A model generated the notes under the pieces. The model was not told the DNA's origin. It ran no database searches and saw nothing but the letters and a program-made list of their open reading frames with translations. A program made the translations under genes and the position numbers. Source: Candidatus Babelota bacterium (GTDB lineage Bacteria > Babelota > Babeliae > Babelales > Vermiphilaceae). Taken from it: DNA of 64,000 nt. This document shows, piece by piece, positions 59,824 through 64,000 of this stretch (position 1 is its first letter; each line of letters starts with the position of its first letter). The DNA is taken from the NCBI GenBank assembly GCA_049325595.1, contig JBMOLF010000015.1, forward strand, positions 96,001 through 160,000. Reading direction: 5' to 3'.

Positions 59824-60858
59824 ATGAAAAAATATCTAATAATTTTATTATGCCTGATAACATTTTCCAAAACTCATACTATGGATAGAAGAGCATCTAT
59901 TCATGATAAAGCTCTTGCAATATATGGCGATTTTTTTCTTGATTTATGCAATGGGATAGAAGAAGAAGATACATCAATAATTAAAAGAAGCTTGTCAAAG
60001 GTAAATCCTAATGAGCTTATAAAATGTAAATTTAGTCCCACGGTTAAAATGGAGGCTTCTAAAAAATATATTGTTTTGGGCCATCCTGACATGATCACTA
60101 TTCCTAATGGTGTAAAAGTTTACATACGCCCAATTCATTTATGCATAAAAGATAAAAAATTACGTTCATTAGAATGTCTTTTGGAATCCGGCGCCCGCTT
60201 AGAAGTAGATCAAGAATTAGGCTCGAGCCTTTCTTTGAATAAAGAATCTTTGGATTATTATAACCGTTTGCTGGCTATATTTACCAAACACAAATTCAAA
60301 ATAAACTCCAGGGATAAAGACGGAAAAAGTTTGTTACACTTTGCTACAGCCAGTGCCAATAATAACCTTATAATAGCATTACTTAATTACAAAAATATTG
60401 ATGTGAATGCCTATGACACAGTGGGACGTACACCGCTTCATTATTTAATTTTAGGCAAAGGTCAAGATGTGCAGGCAAGAATTTCTTGCTTAAAAACATT
60501 AATGGCATCCCGCGAAATAGACCCAAACAAAGTAGATATAGCACATCGCATGTCACCTTTGACCATGGGTATAATAAGTGATCCTGATCTTGCTAAAATA
60601 TTAATTACTTATGATCGAGTTGATCCAAATGCAACAGTAATGAATTCGTATACTCCACTTATGCAAGCAATTAAAAGCGATGAAGCAGAAATTGTATCTT
60701 TAATATTAAAAAGAGATATCAATGTGCTTAAAGAGGATAGCAAGGGACATACTGCATTTGATTATGCAAAAGATAAACCGGAACTTTTAGCGCTGCTTAA
60801 CCAGCATATTAGTAACACAAATACTGGAAAAGCATCTTTTTCTAATTCTCAAAAATAA
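59824..60858 (+). CDS. Secreted ankyrin repeat protein
   Basis: GKSLLHFA, GRTPLHY, YTPLMQAI, GHTAFDYA. Confidence 0.9.
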   Translation: MKKYLIILLCLITFSKTHTMDRRASIHDKALAIYGDFFLDLCNGIEEEDTSIIKRSLSKVNPNELIKCKFSPTVKMEASKKYIVLGHPDMITIPNGVKVYIRPIHLCIKDKKLRSLECLLESGARLEVDQELGSSLSLNKESLDYYNRLLAIFTKHKFKINSRDKDGKSLLHFATASANNNLIIALLNYKNIDVNAYDTVGRTPLHYLILGKGQDVQARISCLKTLMASREIDPNKVDIAHRMSPLTMGIISDPDLAKILITYDRVDPNATVMNSYTPLMQAIKSDEAEIVSLILKRDINVLKEDSKGHTAFDYAKDKPELLALLNQHISNTNTGKASFSNSQK

Positions 60859-60931
60859 GTGGATCTAATTTTAAAATGCTTTATGCTTTGTGTAGAATTT
60901 TATTAATAGACACAAAAAATGAAGAGAACAT

Positions 60932-61261
60932 ATGAAACTGATTATTGGAATTTTGAGTATATTTGTATTTACTTCTTGGGCTATGGAGCATAATCCACTT
61001 GCCGAATTAGAACATCAATTAACTGACTATGAATTAATTATTGTTAATTTATTTCACGGTCAGCATTATTATGATGAGTTAATTAAGAACTTTAATGCTT
61101 ATAATCTGCAGGGAATTCAATTAGTCGACATCTTCAAATCAAAAAAAAATTGTGATCAAAGATTAGAAAATTTTAAGATAAAAATTGGTTGTGAGCGATT
61201 TAAGCAAATAAAAAAATTAACACAATGCGAATCAACAATAAATTTATCTGAATTAGATTAG
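60932..61261 (+). CDS. Secreted hypothetical protein
   Basis: Signal peptide ending SWA-MEH. Confidence 0.65.
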   Translation: MKLIIGILSIFVFTSWAMEHNPLAELEHQLTDYELIIVNLFHGQHYYDELIKNFNAYNLQGIQLVDIFKSKKNCDQRLENFKIKIGCERFKQIKKLTQCESTINLSELD

Positions 61262-61282
61262 AAATATATCGTTTAAAATAAG

Positions 61283-62338
61283 ATGAAAAAAAATAATTTA
61301 CTCTTTTACTTGTTTTTTTTAATTTTATCACTTCACTTGCGTGGTATAGAAAGAAGCCCTAGAAGAATAATAAAATCCCATGCTTACCATTTCTATGGCA
61401 AGATATTTCTTGACTTAATAGACGCCATAGACCAAGAAAATCTCAGCAATATTGATAAATACTTAATCTATATTAATCCGAATGAGTTAATAAAGTACGA
61501 GCAATCAAGTGACGAGAATTCTATCCTAGAACCGGATGAAAAATATATCTTGTTAAGATGTAATTTTCATGAGGAATTATTACGTTATAAATATTTAAAT
61601 AAATATTTTCGTCTTATTCATATATGTATAGAAAGAAACAAATTAAATTCTTTAGAACATCTTTTAAAACATGGTGCGAAGTTCTGTGGTATTGTTAATT
61701 GTAATACAAACAATGAAGAATTCTCATTAATCAACCATATAGCAACACAAAAGCATCCAATAGAATTTTATTCTCGTTTATTGGAAATTCTTATAAAGAA
61801 TGGCTTTAAAATAAATACCCGCGACAACCAAGGTAAAAACACTATACTTCATTATGCTACATGGTATAGTAATTCCGCACTAATTCAATCCTTGCTTAAT
61901 TATAAAAATTTAGACCTGAATCCCTATAACGAACAATTAATTATTCCATTACATATTTTATTGCTGCGTAAAGAAAATGACATAAAAAAACGCATAGAAT
62001 GCATTAAATTATTATTGTCCTCAAAAAAAACTAACCCTAATATTCCTCTTCCTTTTAATAATATACCGTTAGTTAGTTGTGCTATACTCAATGAACCAGA
62101 AATTGCAAAAGTTTTAATATCTTATGATCAAGTTGATTTAAATAAAACAGATGCGCAATCATGCAGCCCCTTAATGGGGGCTATAAAAAAAGAAAGTACA
62201 GAAATTATATCATTATTGCTTACTAAAAATGTTGATCTTTTTCATGAAGATTGTGATTGCAAAAATGCATTTGATTATGCAAAAGATAAACCAGAAATTT
62301 TAGCCTTGCTTCATGAGCATGTTAATTTAAAAAAATAG
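61283..62338 (+). CDS. Secreted ankyrin repeat protein, paralogue of 59824
   Basis: Shared NPNELIK, FKIN.RD..GK, LLNYKN, AFDYAKDKPE. Confidence 0.9.
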   Translation: MKKNNLLFYLFFLILSLHLRGIERSPRRIIKSHAYHFYGKIFLDLIDAIDQENLSNIDKYLIYINPNELIKYEQSSDENSILEPDEKYILLRCNFHEELLRYKYLNKYFRLIHICIERNKLNSLEHLLKHGAKFCGIVNCNTNNEEFSLINHIATQKHPIEFYSRLLEILIKNGFKINTRDNQGKNTILHYATWYSNSALIQSLLNYKNLDLNPYNEQLIIPLHILLLRKENDIKKRIECIKLLLSSKKTNPNIPLPFNNIPLVSCAILNEPEIAKVLISYDQVDLNKTDAQSCSPLMGAIKKESTEIISLLLTKNVDLFHEDCDCKNAFDYAKDKPEILALLHEHVNLKK

Positions 62339-62380
62339 AAAAGAGGCAAGGGGAAAAACAAAACAACCTTTTTTTGGAAT

Positions 62381-63403
62381 TTAAATTAAACCCTTTTTCT
62401 TGAATAACAATGCTGCACGACTTGTCTTTACTAAAGGATAAAGAAAAAGGGTTGCGCTACCAGCCATTAAACCACTTGATATTGTTGCAATTCTTTTTGA
62501 CTGGGCATAAAGAGGAATTAGATTATCGCATGTGGGTGTTTCGTGTGCAATATCTAACTGTTTTTTTATTGTTTCTTTTTTGATTTTTTTATCTGCTTTG
62601 AGTGCTTCTTGAGCACAATAATAGCTATTGCACAAAAATAAAGCAGCGCAACCAATGTTTCCTAAAATGTTTGGTTTGCAAAATTGTTTGGCTAATAACT
62701 TTCTATTTTTTTGTACTACATTCTTGGGTAAATTAGTTTTTTTGTTAGGTAAATTTTCAATAATTTTTTTATAGTACGAAGCTCTTTCTTTTTCTGTTGG
62801 ATAGAAAATTTTGAATTCTTTATGATCAGAGAAATCAAAGCAGTGCCTAATATTGTAGTTATAACCAATAAAATTTCTGTTTATGAGTTCCGTTAAAATA
62901 GTATCCATTTTATTCATCTTGTGAAGAGTACTTAAGGCAAGCTGATCCGCCTCAAATTCTTTTTGATAAGGATATTGTTTCTTATAGTGATGTTCTAATA
63001 TCCAATGCGCAAGTTCATGGGTAGCTACATATTTAATTTCATCTTCATCTAGTAAAACGGTATTTAACCAGATTCCTGTGGCTGTTTGTCTGCCAGCATT
63101 TATAGTTATAGTACCTTGAGCTAAATCATCTTTATTTAATAAGTTATGAGCAGACATTTTATGTATAGGTAATTTTTTTACTTTACCTGTGTGATCACCC
63201 ATAGCAAAAGCTATTTCTTCAGACCAATCACGTAGCTCTTTAGATATTTCTTGATTACCCAACATTTTTTTGTGTAACTCATAGCGCTCAAGCCTTTCTG
63301 TCTCAGATAAGGTTGCAATTTCTAATGCTTTAATATGTTGATTTTGTTCTGATGCCATACCGGTAAGTGCTGACATTGCGAGTAAAATAATTATTTTTTT
63401 CAT
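62381..63403 (-). CDS. Secreted M48-like HEXXH metalloprotease with two C-terminal TM-like segments
   Basis: THELAH, EFEAD, YPTEKER; signal peptide. Confidence 0.78.
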   Translation of the reverse strand: MKKIIILLAMSALTGMASEQNQHIKALEIATLSETERLERYELHKKMLGNQEISKELRDWSEEIAFAMGDHTGKVKKLPIHKMSAHNLLNKDDLAQGTITINAGRQTATGIWLNTVLLDEDEIKYVATHELAHWILEHHYKKQYPYQKEFEADQLALSTLHKMNKMDTILTELINRNFIGYNYNIRHCFDFSDHKEFKIFYPTEKERASYYKKIIENLPNKKTNLPKNVVQKNRKLLAKQFCKPNILGNIGCAALFLCNSYYCAQEALKADKKIKKETIKKQLDIAHETPTCDNLIPLYAQSKRIATISSGLMAGSATLFLYPLVKTSRAALLFKKKGLI

Positions 63404-63521
63404 ATTGATTGTTCTATTATAGAATTCTGAAATTAAAAACACTATACATGGAATTTGGTTCAACGTTCATTATTCATTTGTTCTAATTGTAATAAAATAA
63501 CAATGTTGGTCAAATAATACT

Positions 63522-64000
63522 TTAAATTAAGCCTTTTTTTCTAAATAATAATGTGGCACGCCCTGTCTTAATCACTGGCCATAGAAAAGGCACCGTAGCT
63601 CCTGCAGTTAATCCTGTTGCAATCAAAGCAATATTTTTTTGCTTGTTATAACGATCCCTAAATACATTTTCTAGATAGGGCATATCTAAAAATTCAGTCT
63701 TAGCGTTCTCAGCTTTATTATTCGCTTTATAGTATTCTTTAGCCCAATAGTAGCTATTGAACAATAAAAATGCCGCGGTACCTATATTCCCTGCGATATT
63801 TCCAGGCTTTAAGAATTCTTTTTTAAATAGATTTCTATTTTTTTGTAATAACTTTTTAGGTAGATTAGTTTTTTTGTTGGGTAAATTTTCAACGATTTTT
63901 TTGTAATAAAGAGCTTTTTCTTTATTGCTTGGATAACTAATTTTTTCTTTTTTATCCCAAAAATTGGTGATTGAATCTTTAACATTGTAATTATTTTCAA
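63522..64000 (-). CDS. Paralogue of 62381 protein, 5'-partial (runs off window)
   Basis: Frame of 63522-63764 stays open to the window edge and reads YPSNKEKALYYKKIVENLPNKKTNLPK...GNIG...KKGLI, matching the neighbour. Confidence 0.85.
   Translation of the reverse strand, partial: ENNYNVKDSITNFWDKKEKISYPSNKEKALYYKKIVENLPNKKTNLPKKLLQKNRNLFKKEFLKPGNIAGNIGTAAFLLFNSYYWAKEYYKANNKAENAKTEFLDMPYLENVFRDRYNKQKNIALIATGLTAGATVPFLWPVIKTGRATLLFRKKGLI

Noticed and set aside
63809..64000. ORF-track 63-aa ORF suggesting a frameshifted pseudogene
   Set aside because: Wrong frame; the 63522 frame is open to the window edge and matches the neighbouring paralogue

Overview
AT-rich bacterial chromosome segment, inferred to come from an obligate intracellular parasite of protists, probably Dependentiae/Babelota (TM6). 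This is based on the dense set of orphan signal-peptide proteins, ankyrin/RING/F-box-like/J-domain proteins and an HspR regulator. Housekeeping genes (hss, htpX, hspR, ychF, dnaK, carD, miaA, ppiD-like, recA, infC-rpmI-rplT, zapB-like/zapA, rny, ymdB-like) are interleaved with accessory, apparently secreted proteins. Main observations: (1) the dnaK 3' end recurs downstream of dnaK as at least three progressively shorter direct copies (35719, 34764, 32904; possibly 30116). Each has a terminator and is separated by cargo genes, forming a gene-accretion array with no integrase in the window, and one cargo kinase is fused in frame to the DnaK tail. (2) A ~1.3 kb non-coding tract upstream of dnaK has GC hairpins, a canonical G-quadruplex motif and extreme purine skew, at the point where core gene orientation diverges (candidate unusual replication origin). 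(3) Putative host-directed effectors carry eukaryotic motifs: three paralogues with C-terminal CaaX boxes, mitochondrial-presequence-like segments behind signal peptides, RING proteins (one ending in PSAP), an IST1/ESCRT-III-like MIM, and a secreted HDAC. Many signal peptides are predicted to release a Met-Glu/Met-Asp N-terminus. (4) Two GH1 paralogues both lack the acid/base Glu. (5) An IS200-type element joins two unrelated truncated genes. No rRNA, tRNA or CRISPR array was recognised. All calls come from reading the sequence by eye; no searches were run.
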